A DNA stretch of 64,000 bases, from the NCBI RefSeq assembly GCF_028368995.1, contig NZ_JAQNDL010000003.1, forward strand, positions 992,001 to 1,056,000. The letters run 5' to 3'. Below are positions 1-8,957 of this stretch, piece after piece. Below the pieces are notes generated by a model. It ran no database searches. It was not told the DNA's origin and was given only the letters and a program-made list of their open reading frames with translations. This DNA comes from Nannocystis bainbridge. GTDB lineage: Bacteria > Myxococcota_A > Polyangia > Nannocystales > Nannocystaceae. The position numbers and the translations under genes were made by a program. Numbering within the stretch: position 1 is the first letter of the stretch; every line of letters begins with the position of its first letter.

Positions 1-2
1 TG

Positions 3-995
3 CGCGGCGCGGCCCGCCCGCTGCTGCTCGGCCTGGCCCTGTTCGACATCGCCATCAGCGCCGTTTACGGCAGCTACGCCTTCTTGATCCTCAAGGCGCC
101 CTGCCCCTACTGCCTGTCGCTCTACGTCATCAGCGCCTTACTGCTGATGAGCGCCCTGTTCACCGTCCACGGCGCCCCGCGCGGCCTGTGGAAGCGGCTG
201 ACCACGCGGCGCCAGGCCGACCTGCTCGACGCCGTGTTCATCGCCGGCGTCGTGTTCGTCGTCGGCCTCGGCGTGCAGTCGCTCGGCTTCCAGGCCACCC
301 GTCGGTTCGTCGACGCCAACACCGGCTGTGTCGCCCCGACCACCGCCCTCCCGGCCACCGTGATCGTCACCGGCGCCGCCGAGCCCAAGGTCGGCATCGC
401 CCTGTTCCTCGACCTCAGCTGCCCGCACTGCTCGAACGAGTTCCGCAACGTCGGCCGGGCCGTGCGCAGCAAGGAGCTCGACGTACCGACGCGGGTCTAC
501 GTGTTCCACACCCCGCGCGCCGCCTGCGACACCGACGCCTTCCCGGCCGGCTACCCCAAGCACCACCCTGACGCCTTCAACGGCGGCGCCTGCCTCGCGG
601 CCAAGGCCGCCGAGTGCGTCGAGAAGCTGCGGCCCGGCGCCGGCTTCGACATGATCGCCGGCCTGTTCGCCCTCCAGGCCGATCCGGACCCGAGCGGCGG
701 CCCCTTGTTCAGCCCCGAGCGGGTCGCCAACAAGGCCGTCGACATCGGCCTCGAGATCGACCCTGACGACCGGGACAACGAGCTGTTCCAGTGCATCAAC
801 AACGACAAGGACGGGCCGACGCGGATCACCGCGCACCAGAAGTACGCCGTCGAGCAGGACTACAAGGTCCCGACCGGCTACGTGTTCCCGATCGAGAACG
901 GCGCCCCGCGCCTCGACACCGTCAACCACCTGCAGTCCGACTACACCGCCCGCGCGATCATCAACATCGTGCGCGGCATGGTGAAGACGCCCTGA
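3..995 (+). CDS. VKOR family membrane protein fused to DsbA-like thioredoxin domain (5' end outside window)
   Basis: Frame is open from the window start. TM helices carry CPYC (VKOR redox motif), followed by a soluble domain with LFLDLSCPHC (DsbA-type CxxC) and a cis-Pro-like VPT. Confidence 0.8.
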   Translation, partial: RGAARPLLLGLALFDIAISAVYGSYAFLILKAPCPYCLSLYVISALLLMSALFTVHGAPRGLWKRLTTRRQADLLDAVFIAGVVFVVGLGVQSLGFQATRRFVDANTGCVAPTTALPATVIVTGAAEPKVGIALFLDLSCPHCSNEFRNVGRAVRSKELDVPTRVYVFHTPRAACDTDAFPAGYPKHHPDAFNGGACLAAKAAECVEKLRPGAGFDMIAGLFALQADPDPSGGPLFSPERVANKAVDIGLEIDPDDRDNELFQCINNDKDGPTRITAHQKYAVEQDYKVPTGYVFPIENGAPRLDTVNHLQSDYTARAIINIVRGMVKTP

Positions 996-1010
996 CCCGA
1001 GCTGGCACGC

Positions 1011-2126
1011 ATGGCCTCCGAGTTCGACACGACGACCAAGCTCCTGCTGGTGCTGACCGGCTTCATGGCCCTCATGGTGCTGCTCATCGCCTACGTGGCG
1101 CTGTTCCGCACCGAGGACCCGCTGCTGGCCCAGGCCGCCGGTGAACAGGGCGCACCGACCGTCAACGCGCCCGCGACCGACTGCGACGCCAGCACGCCCG
1201 AGGGCAGCGCCAAGTGCCCGCCCGGGCAGTACTGCATGGGTGACAAGTGCGCCGCGATCGACGACCTCGCCATCTGCGGCGAGGGCGACAGCTGCCGCGA
1301 CTGCGACTGCGAGATGCCGCTCGTGTGCCACCAGATGCGCTGCCAGGACCCGAGCAAGCTCGAGCGGGCCCCGCTCGAGTGCGCCCGCAACGAGGAGCTG
1401 GCCAAGGCCGTCCGCAACCTGCAGAACAAGTGTGCCAGCCGCGACAAGAGCCTCGGCGACCTGGTCTCGACCCGCTCGTGCACCCCGTCGGACTGGGAGC
1501 AGCTGGCGATCGACGACCCGCAGTTCGACCTGATCCTCGCCGCCTTCCCTGGCCGCTTCTCGGTCCACTACCCGACCGGCCTGCCGAAGAAGGGCACCAA
1601 CTGGCCGACCAAGACGGTGCGCGACCACTACAAGACCCAGATCCGCCGCTTCAAGGACGAGCTGACCCGGGCCAAGCAGGTGTTCGTGATCGGCCGCGCC
1701 TCGCCCGACGGCGACCGCCAGCAGAACCACGACCTCGCCGTGCGGCGCATGGACATGGTCACCCAGATCCTCGGCGAGGTCGTCAACGAGGGCCTGGCCG
1801 AGACCGATCGCAAGCAGATCCCGATCCAGCCGTTCGCCATGCGCGACGCCAAGCCGCTCAACCCCGAGCGGTTCAAGAAGAGCTACCTCGACGTCGAGGA
1901 CAAGCCCGCCAACAAGACCCCGTCGCCGGTGGTCGCCTGGGACGACACCAACCAGAAGCGCATGCAGAGCCTCCTCGACGGCGCCATCGACCTCAAGGAC
2001 CAGAGCTCGCGCGACTGGACCGAGCTGTTCAACGCCATCAACCGCGTCGTCCTCGTCGTCCCGATCCCCTGCGACGGCACCGAGTACAAGCCGCCCAAGA
2101 CCATCCTCGACGAGTCCGCCGGCTGA
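1011..2126 (+). CDS. Membrane-anchored Cys-rich protein with OmpA-like (peptidoglycan-binding) domain
   Basis: N-terminal TM helix and Cys-rich segment, then VFVIGRASPDGDRQQNHDLAVRRMDMV, which resembles the OmpA_C motif IxGHTDxxGxxxxNxxLSxxRAxxV. Confidence 0.6.
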   Translation: MASEFDTTTKLLLVLTGFMALMVLLIAYVALFRTEDPLLAQAAGEQGAPTVNAPATDCDASTPEGSAKCPPGQYCMGDKCAAIDDLAICGEGDSCRDCDCEMPLVCHQMRCQDPSKLERAPLECARNEELAKAVRNLQNKCASRDKSLGDLVSTRSCTPSDWEQLAIDDPQFDLILAAFPGRFSVHYPTGLPKKGTNWPTKTVRDHYKTQIRRFKDELTRAKQVFVIGRASPDGDRQQNHDLAVRRMDMVTQILGEVVNEGLAETDRKQIPIQPFAMRDAKPLNPERFKKSYLDVEDKPANKTPSPVVAWDDTNQKRMQSLLDGAIDLKDQSSRDWTELFNAINRVVLVVPIPCDGTEYKPPKTILDESAG

Positions 2127-2132
2127 ACCACC

Positions 2133-2396
2133 ATGTCCAGCGCACCGACGCCGCCCCTGCTCGCCTACAAGCTGGTCGCCATCCTGACGACCTTCATCGC
2201 CGGCGTCAGCCTGCTGGTCGCCGTCATGCTCATGATCCGCGTCGACAAGGCCCGCGACCTGCTGCAGAGCAAGCTGCAGGCCTGCCCGTGCTGCAGCGAG
2301 GCGCTCGCCAATCCGCCCGCGAGCCCGCCGCAGCAGCCGGTCAACATGCCGGTCAACACCCCGGTCAACCACCCGGTCAACGCCCCCAAGACCTGA
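2133..2396 (+). CDS. Small single-TM membrane protein with PVN repeats
   Basis: Tightly packed in the operon, with host-like codon usage, one TM helix and PVNx repeats. Confidence 0.6.
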   Translation: MSSAPTPPLLAYKLVAILTTFIAGVSLLVAVMLMIRVDKARDLLQSKLQACPCCSEALANPPASPPQQPVNMPVNTPVNHPVNAPKT

Positions 2397-2406
2397 CCGA
2401 GAGACC

Positions 2407-3624
2407 ATGTCCGAGCCGACCCGCCTCGACCTCAAGGACGCCGACCCCGCGCGGGCCAAGGCGCGGGTGTACGTCCGCTGGGCGGTCATCAACGTCCTGC
2501 TGACCACCCTCGCCTGCGGCCTCGCCCTGCTGATCTGGCTCAAGGAGGGCGACGTGCGGCGCCAGCTCGCGCGCGTCATGCAGCGCGAGAAGCAGGGCTG
2601 CGTCGACACCACGCGCGTGCTCGAGACCAAGACCGCGCTGATCGTCGACCCCGAGGAGGTCGCGCCGCCGCAGGACCAGCCGCGCAGCGGCTACGTCGGC
2701 AAGTTCGGGACCCAGATCTCGCCGGCCATGCTGGTCAAGCTCGAGGCCATCCGCGACCCCAGGAAGCCGGCCGTCGAGGTCCGCTTCGGCGCGCAGGAGG
2801 TCCTGCCGTCGCAGGCGGTCCACGTCGTCAACCTGTGGGCGACCTGGTGCGGCCCGTGCAAGGCCGAGATGCCTGACTTCAAGGCCATGTTCGCCCACAA
2901 GGCCGAGACGTGGGCCGACGCCGTCAAGTTCGTCCCCGTCCAGCTCAAGGACAACACCGACCCGCGCAAGTCCTACCAGGACTTCGCCGACATCATGCCG
3001 CCCTCCGCCGTCAAGCTGGCCGACCGCAGCTACGACGAGAAGTTCGTCAAGGTGCTCGAGAGCGAAGACCAGCGCCAGCTGTTCCGCGGCAACCTGCCTG
3101 TCACCTTCGTCCTCGACTGCAACCGCCGCGTCCGCTGGGCCAAGTTCGAGCAGCTCACGGAGGCCGACTTCGAGGACCTCGAGAAGCACCTCGACCAGCT
3201 GCACGCCGAGCTCGCCGACGACTCGCCCGACGCCTGGTGTAAGAAGCCGTGGCCCGGCAACGGCCGCTGCGAGGGCAAGGAGAACACCGCCGCCCACCAC
3301 AGCCCCGAGGACTGCGGCGAGCTCAAGAAGCGCGGCCCGGCCGTCGAGACCCCGGTGCTCCCGCCGATCGAGCCGACCCCCGAGGCCTGCCCCGCGGGCC
3401 AGTTCCGCGCCGCCGACGGCCGCTGCTCCCGCCTCAAAGGCGCCCCCGTGATCCCCAAGGTCGAAAAGCCCCAGGGCCCCAAGACCTGCGGCAACGGCGT
3501 GTGCGAGCCCGCCCGCGGCGAGAGCAGCCAGACCTGCTGCCAGGACTGCCCCTGCGACGCCCCCCTGGTCTGCAAGCTCGACGCCAGCGACCGCCACACC
3601 TGCCAGGCCAAGGGACTTAAATAG
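2407..3624 (+). CDS. Membrane-anchored TlpA-family thioredoxin with Cys-rich C-terminus
   Basis: VNLWATWCGPCKAEMP and LPVTFVLD motifs, N-terminal TM helix, C-terminal CGNGVCE Cys-rich repeat. Confidence 0.85.
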   Translation: MSEPTRLDLKDADPARAKARVYVRWAVINVLLTTLACGLALLIWLKEGDVRRQLARVMQREKQGCVDTTRVLETKTALIVDPEEVAPPQDQPRSGYVGKFGTQISPAMLVKLEAIRDPRKPAVEVRFGAQEVLPSQAVHVVNLWATWCGPCKAEMPDFKAMFAHKAETWADAVKFVPVQLKDNTDPRKSYQDFADIMPPSAVKLADRSYDEKFVKVLESEDQRQLFRGNLPVTFVLDCNRRVRWAKFEQLTEADFEDLEKHLDQLHAELADDSPDAWCKKPWPGNGRCEGKENTAAHHSPEDCGELKKRGPAVETPVLPPIEPTPEACPAGQFRAADGRCSRLKGAPVIPKVEKPQGPKTCGNGVCEPARGESSQTCCQDCPCDAPLVCKLDASDRHTCQAKGLK

Positions 3625-3747
3625 GGCTGTCCTCCCGGGCATGTCCCTCGGAACATGCCCTCATGAACCTGTGCGATCGGGCATGCTCCGAACGCCGGGC
3701 CATCGAACACCCGCCGAGCCGCTCGCCAGCCCCGCGCTCACCCGCAA

Positions 3748-4040
3748 GCGCCTGTCCCAAAGGACACCTCGCTCGTCTAACGACGACCGAGCGCCTCCGC
3801 ACCCGGGCCGCCGCGTCCTCGTCAGCGACATGTCCCCAAGGACACTTCACTCGCTGAACGACGACCGAGCGACTCTGCACCCTGGCGGCCGCGTCCTCGT
3901 CCGCGACATGTCCCCAAGGACACTTCGCTCGTTGAACGACGACCCGAGCATCCCGTCGCGAAAACGACGACCGAGCGCCTCCGCACCCTGGCCGCCGCTG
4001 CCCTCGCCAGCGACATGTCCCGAAGGACACATCGCTCGTC
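3748..4040. repeat. ~78-bp tandem repeat array (about 4 units), each carrying TGTCC-N4-GGACA
   Basis: Units start near 3748, 3825, 3903 and 4010 (GCGACATGTCCCCAAGGACACTTCGCTCG...ACGACGACCGAGCG). The array lies between convergent genes. Confidence 0.9.
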
Positions 4041-4050
4041 ACTCTGCTTT

Positions 4051-5301
4051 TTAGAAGCGTCCGGTGAGCGTCAGACCGAGCGCCCCGCGCCCTGGCCCGC
4101 CGCCGATCCGCAGCGCCTTCGCGTACTGCGACGAGCGCCCGCGCGACAGCCCGAGCCCCAGCCCTGCGCCGGCGACCAGCCCCGCGCCGAGCCCTGCGAC
4201 CGCCGAGGTCGCGGTGAAGATCGTCGCCGGACCCTTCACCCCGGTCTGCAGCTCGGCCCAAGTCGCCGGCGTCGTCGCGTTGACCTCGTTGAAGCTGTTC
4301 GCGCTGATCACCAGCCCGACGATCCCGCCGATCACCGCCGCCGCGCCGACGCCCGTCTCGACGTACCAGGCGATCTTCCGCGTCCGCTCCGAGCGCGCGT
4401 ACCAGACCGCCCCGCTACCGATCAGGCCCACGCCCGCGCCCAGCACCCCTGCTCCGGCCCCGCGCAGCGTCGCACCCGCGCGCAGCTCCGCCGAGCAGGT
4501 CTGCAGGTCGGGCCACGTCGCGCACTGGCTCGCGTCCGTCTTCAGCGCCGGCCCGAACTCCTTGCCTTGCGCCACCCCGGTGATGACCGCGCCCACGATC
4601 GCCAGCCCGCCGCCGACCGCGATCGTCGCCAGACCGACCTTGCGGCCGTCGAACGGCTTGTCGGGCTGCGGCGTCGGCTGTCCTTCGGGACCTGTCTCCG
4701 GGGGCAGGGGCTTCAGCGCCAGCTCGGCCGTCAGCGGCGCCCCGGCCGTCACCTTGATCTGCGTCTCCGCGGGCTCGGCCCCGGGCGCCTCTGCCCGCAG
4801 CACCCACGTCCCCGGGTCGAGCTGGATCACCCCGCTCTGCGCCGCCCCGCTGGGCGACACCGGCACCGGCAGGTTCGGCCGCAGATCCGACGCCAGCTCG
4901 CTGACCCACCGCGCCGTCACCTTCGGCGCCTCGGCCGCTCCATCGGCTTGCACGCGGACCTGCACGCTCGACACCTCGCGTCGCGCGACCTCGAGCTGCG
5001 CCTTGGCCTCGTCGCGGTCCGCCCCCTTCACCTCGGCCAGCGCCAGGTACTCGTTGAGGTACGCCACCGCGTGCGCGTAGTGGCGGGCCGTGTAGCGGGT
5101 CACCGCCGCGTTGAAGAGGAACCGCGGCTCCTTGAAGTCGCGCCACAGCGCCTCGAACTCGAGCGCCGCCTCCACGTGCCGCTGCTTCTCGAACTGCTGG
5201 TACGCCGCGGCGACCCGCTGTTCCTTCGACGAAGCCGACGCCGTGGGCGCGTCTGCCGTCACCATCGCCATCGCCAGCGCGACACCTTGCACGATCAGCA
5301 T
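4051..5301 (-). CDS. Myxobacterial TPR/PEGA-like protein with C-terminal TM helices
   Basis: Signal-like MLIVQGVALAMA, TPR-like helices (FLFNAAVT...YLNEYL), PEGA-like beta domain (LDPGTWVLRAEAPG), hydrophobic helices, ends GLTLTGRF. Confidence 0.7.
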   Translation of the reverse strand: MLIVQGVALAMAMVTADAPTASASSKEQRVAAAYQQFEKQRHVEAALEFEALWRDFKEPRFLFNAAVTRYTARHYAHAVAYLNEYLALAEVKGADRDEAKAQLEVARREVSSVQVRVQADGAAEAPKVTARWVSELASDLRPNLPVPVSPSGAAQSGVIQLDPGTWVLRAEAPGAEPAETQIKVTAGAPLTAELALKPLPPETGPEGQPTPQPDKPFDGRKVGLATIAVGGGLAIVGAVITGVAQGKEFGPALKTDASQCATWPDLQTCSAELRAGATLRGAGAGVLGAGVGLIGSGAVWYARSERTRKIAWYVETGVGAAAVIGGIVGLVISANSFNEVNATTPATWAELQTGVKGPATIFTATSAVAGLGAGLVAGAGLGLGLSRGRSSQYAKALRIGGGPGRGALGLTLTGRF

Positions 5302-5543
5302 TCGCCCTCGTTCCCCGGCCGGGCCGCGAGTATAAGCCCCACCGGCCCGCGGGCCAAGTGACGCGCACCCCCTCCCGCGCGCCCGAACGCCCACCTGCCC
5401 TAACGGCCAGGCTCGCCCGCGCGCATCCGCGTCGCTGGCTCGCGGCCCCACGCGAGCCTCACGCCCCCACCGCCGCGGCTCGCAGGGTTACGAGCGCGAC
5501 ACACGAAGCCCACGCGCCCACCGCGTGATCTCGCTACCACCTC

Positions 5544-5703
5544 GTGCACGGATGGCCCCGCGCCCCGACCTCGGCCCGCTGCGACGCGTGCACGAACGGC
5601 TCCGCGCCCCGACCTCGGCCCGCTGCGACGCGTGCACGAACGGCTCCGCCCGACCTAGGCCCGCTGCACGCGTGCACGAACAGCTCCGCGCCCGACCTCG
5701 AGG
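5544..5703. repeat. ~44-bp tandem repeat (3-4 units)
   Basis: CCCGACCTCGGCCCGCTGCGACGCGTGCACGAACGGCTCCGCG repeated in the intergenic region between divergent genes. Confidence 0.85.
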
Positions 5704-6026
5704 CGAACGCGAACCTGCGCGATAGGCCTCGACCTGCCCATCGAGCGCTGCGCCCGTGCACCGCCTTGCTCCTGCCCCTGCCTCGGCTCCACGTCCTGCA
5801 CACCTTCAAGCCTCGCTCTCGCCCCGACCTCCGGCTCGGGCGGCTGCGACCTCGCGCCCTGCGTGCCTCGCCGCGAACGCAGCGGGCCCGACCGGCCTGG
5901 AGCGCCCCGCGGACCGCGAAATTCCTGTCCTCGAGATCGTCGTTCGGCGTGAGATCTGCCGGCGCCTCGCGGCCCGCCCTTGCGCTCCGCGGCCTCACCG
6001 TCGACCATGTCCACAAGCGCACCGCC

Positions 6027-7292
6027 ATGCACGCCCGCTCCTCGCTCGTCGTCCTCGCCGTTCTCTCTGCCGGCTGCCTGAAAGATCTCACCCAGGTCGA
6101 GACCGACACCGGCGGCATCGCCACCGAGACCACCACCGAGACGGCGACCGAGACCACGGTCACCACCACCGTCTCGACCACCGACGACAAGCCCGCCTGC
6201 GGCAACAACGTCCTCGAGCCCGGCGAGCAGTGCGACGACGGCAACGCCGCCGACGGCGACGGCTGCGAGGCCGACTGCACCACCACCCCCGGCGAGAACT
6301 GCGGCAACGGCGAGCTCGACGACGGCGAGGACTGCGACGACGGCAACACCGTGGGCGGGGATGGCTGCGAGAACAACTGCACCGAGACCGTCATCCCCGC
6401 CTCCTGCGGCGACGGCAAGATGGACCCCGGCGAGCAGTGCGACGACGGCAACGACGACAACTCCGACGCCTGCACCAACACCTGCAAGACCGCCGTCTGC
6501 GGCGACGGACTCATCCTCGCCGGCACCGAAGCCTGCGACGACGGCGGACCCAGCGCTACTTGCGACGCTGACTGCACCGTCGCCGAGTGTGGCGACGGCA
6601 CCGTCAACGGCGACGCAGGGGAAGAGTGCGACGATCAAAACGAAGTCGATACGGACGCCTGCATCGCTTGCAAGACCGCGACCTGCGGCGATGGCTTCGT
6701 CCAGGCCGGCGCCGAGGAGTGCGACGACGGCACCCCGGACGGAGATGATCTCTGCAATGAATGCAAGAACGTCCCCTATCGCTACATCTTCACGACGGCG
6801 GCGACATACACCGGAAAATTTGGCAACGTCATTGTCGCCGACACCTCGTGCACGACCGCGGCCATCGGGGCGGATCTGCCGATCTCCGACAACACACAAT
6901 GGGTCGCCTGGCTGAGCGCCGGCGCGAGCCAGGCTATCCAGCGCCTCGATACCGGCTTCACGGGCTGGTATGTCCTGCCGACCACCCCCCCCACGCTCGT
7001 CGCGAGGGGATGGGCGGGGTTGACCTCCGGCACCCTTCAGCACGCGATCGATGCCACGGAGACCGGAGCGGCGGTCCCCGCTCCCGCAACGGTCTGGACC
7101 AATACGGACATCCTTGGCGAGCTGCCCATGTTGAATATCCATTGTAAGAACTGGAACTCTTCGATGGCCGTGGACAAGGGTCGCGTGGGTCTCTCGACAG
7201 CCACTAACAGCGATTGGACCGATCCGGAGATGCTTGCATCGGCCACATGCGACACTTCCCATCACCTGTATTGCATCGAGGACATTATCTGA
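6027..7292 (+). CDS. Lipoprotein with Myxococcus Cys-rich repeats (DUF4215-like) and C-terminal DUF1554/endostatin-like domain
   Basis: Lipobox LSAGC, many CGDGxxxxxEQCDDGN repeats, C-terminal IFTT...ADxxC...WT...C..W...HLYCIE. Confidence 0.85.
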   Translation: MHARSSLVVLAVLSAGCLKDLTQVETDTGGIATETTTETATETTVTTTVSTTDDKPACGNNVLEPGEQCDDGNAADGDGCEADCTTTPGENCGNGELDDGEDCDDGNTVGGDGCENNCTETVIPASCGDGKMDPGEQCDDGNDDNSDACTNTCKTAVCGDGLILAGTEACDDGGPSATCDADCTVAECGDGTVNGDAGEECDDQNEVDTDACIACKTATCGDGFVQAGAEECDDGTPDGDDLCNECKNVPYRYIFTTAATYTGKFGNVIVADTSCTTAAIGADLPISDNTQWVAWLSAGASQAIQRLDTGFTGWYVLPTTPPTLVARGWAGLTSGTLQHAIDATETGAAVPAPATVWTNTDILGELPMLNIHCKNWNSSMAVDKGRVGLSTATNSDWTDPEMLASATCDTSHHLYCIEDII

Positions 7293-7407
7293 TCGCAGCA
7301 GCGCATCCGAGCGCGTCGCCATAAGGGCCAGGTACGGCCCACAGATCTGCCTGCTGTGGCTCGGTTCTCGGTGAAGAGGACCGCGCAGAAGCGGCCCAAG
7401 GAACCTC

Positions 7408-8661
7408 ATGCTGTACCGTACCGCCCTCCTTTTCGCCTTCTTCAGCGCATATGGGTGCTTCTACAATCCGACGGGCACCCCCGACAATTCGAGCTCCGAA
7501 ACGGACGTGAGCACGGCGAGCTCCCCAGTCACCACGACCGCGACGACCACCGACGACAAGCCCGCCTGCGGCAACAACGTCCTCGAGCCCGGCGAGCAGT
7601 GCGACGACGGCAACGCCGCCGACGGCGACGGCTGCGAGGCCGACTGCACCACCACCCCCGGCGAGAACTGCGGCAACGGCACCCTCGACGACGGCGAGGA
7701 CTGCGACGACGGCAACAATGTCGACGGGGATGGCTGCGAGAGCAATTGTCGACTGGCTGTCACAGTGAAGTGCGGCGACGGTAAGCTCGACCCTGGCGAG
7801 CAATGCGACGACGGCAACACGATGAGCGGCGACGGCTGCGAGGCCAACTGCACCAAAACACCCAAGTGCGGGGACGGCATTCCGGGTCCGGGCGAGCAAT
7901 GTGACGACGGCAACGAGGACGATGGCGATGCCTGCATCCAATGTATGTCGGCCGTTTGTGGCGACGGCATCCTGTGGACAGGCAAGGAGATGTGCGATGA
8001 CGGAGCATCGAACGGCATGTACGGACAGTGCAACGGCGAGTGCAACGGCCTCGGCGAGCGCTGCGGCGACGGCATGCGCGACGGACCAGAGGAATGCGAC
8101 GATGCCGACATGGTCGACAACGATGCCTGCACGAACGACTGCATTGCTCCTCGATTGGTCTTTGTAACCGCTGCTACTTTCAAAGGTGCTATTGGGGGTC
8201 TCGCCGGCGCCGATGCGAAGTGCACCCAAGCCGCCGCCGAATCACCGTTGCCGAAGAATCTGACCTGGAAGGCATGGATCAGCGACGGCACCAGTTCGCC
8301 CACATCTGCGGGACGGCTGGAGACCGACTACACGGGGTACTACAAGTTCACGAATGAGACCATCCTCGCCCATGGGTGGAGCGCCCTGGTCGCCCCACCG
8401 CTCGCACTCCCGATCACATTCGACGAGAACAGCAATCCAGTGGAGGAACCGCTCCTGGCGTGGACAAACACGCTATCGGCAGGCACCAGCGTCGGCGCCG
8501 ATCATTGCAGCAATTGGACATCTTCAATGTTCAGCACAAAGGGTCGGTTCGGTGACGTATCGGCGAGCGATGCCACATGGACGGACGCCGCTGTCGACAA
8601 TCCCACGGGCTGCTCCAACTCCTTCCACCTTTATTGTTTTCAGAGCGCTCCTGCTCCGTGA
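7408..8661 (+). CDS. Paralogous Cys-rich repeat/DUF1554-like lipoprotein
   Basis: Lipobox SAYGC, same repeats, C-terminal VFVT...[10 protein letters not shown]...HLYCFQ. 137 bp are identical to the upstream paralog. Confidence 0.85.
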   Translation: MLYRTALLFAFFSAYGCFYNPTGTPDNSSSETDVSTASSPVTTTATTTDDKPACGNNVLEPGEQCDDGNAADGDGCEADCTTTPGENCGNGTLDDGEDCDDGNNVDGDGCESNCRLAVTVKCGDGKLDPGEQCDDGNTMSGDGCEANCTKTPKCGDGIPGPGEQCDDGNEDDGDACIQCMSAVCGDGILWTGKEMCDDGASNGMYGQCNGECNGLGERCGDGMRDGPEECDDADMVDNDACTNDCIAPRLVFVTAATFKGAIGGLAGADAKCTQAAAESPLPKNLTWKAWISDGTSSPTSAGRLETDYTGYYKFTNETILAHGWSALVAPPLALPITFDENSNPVEEPLLAWTNTLSAGTSVGADHCSNWTSSMFSTKGRFGDVSASDATWTDAAVDNPTGCSNSFHLYCFQSAPAP

Positions 8662-8700
8662 AGGTCTCCTCTGCGCGCGGCCGCCAGCAGTCACATCTCG

Positions 8701-8760
8701 ACCACCGATAGCTCCACGCTCGACTGCAATACGCCGCGCCACCTCTATTGCGTGCAAACC
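8701..8760 (+). pseudogene. Orphan C-terminal fragment of a third DUF1554-like domain
   Basis: Reads TTDSSTLDCNTPRHLYCVQ, in the same frame as and just after the stop of 7408..8661. It matches the paralog ends CDTSHHLYCIE and [11 protein letters not shown]. Confidence 0.7.
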
Positions 8761-8819
8761 CGAATCCTTCCGCGCGCGCGCGCGAAACGCAAAGCGCAAA
8801 GCAAGATAGGAGCCCACCC

Positions 8820-8948
8820 ATGCGACACACCGTGCTCCTCGCCGCCCTCCTCGGCCTCGCCTGCAGCCCCGGCAAGGGCGGCACCAGCGACACCGCCGCC
8901 ACCGATCCCGGCGAGACCGCGATCGACCTCGTCATCGGCACGCCCTGA
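8820..8948 (+). pseudogene. Truncated lipoprotein (signal peptide plus short linker only)
   Basis: GGAG RBS, MRHTVLLAALLGLAC lipobox, stop after 42 aa. Confidence 0.5.
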
Positions 8949-8957
8949 CGGTCCCTC

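Noticed and set aside
3748-5703. Tandem repeats as CRISPR arrays
   Set aside because: Whole units repeat without unique spacers, and there are no cas genes in the window.
6027-8760. Diversity-generating retroelement acting on the lectin-like tips
   Set aside because: No reverse transcriptase and no template/variable repeat pair differing only at adenines.
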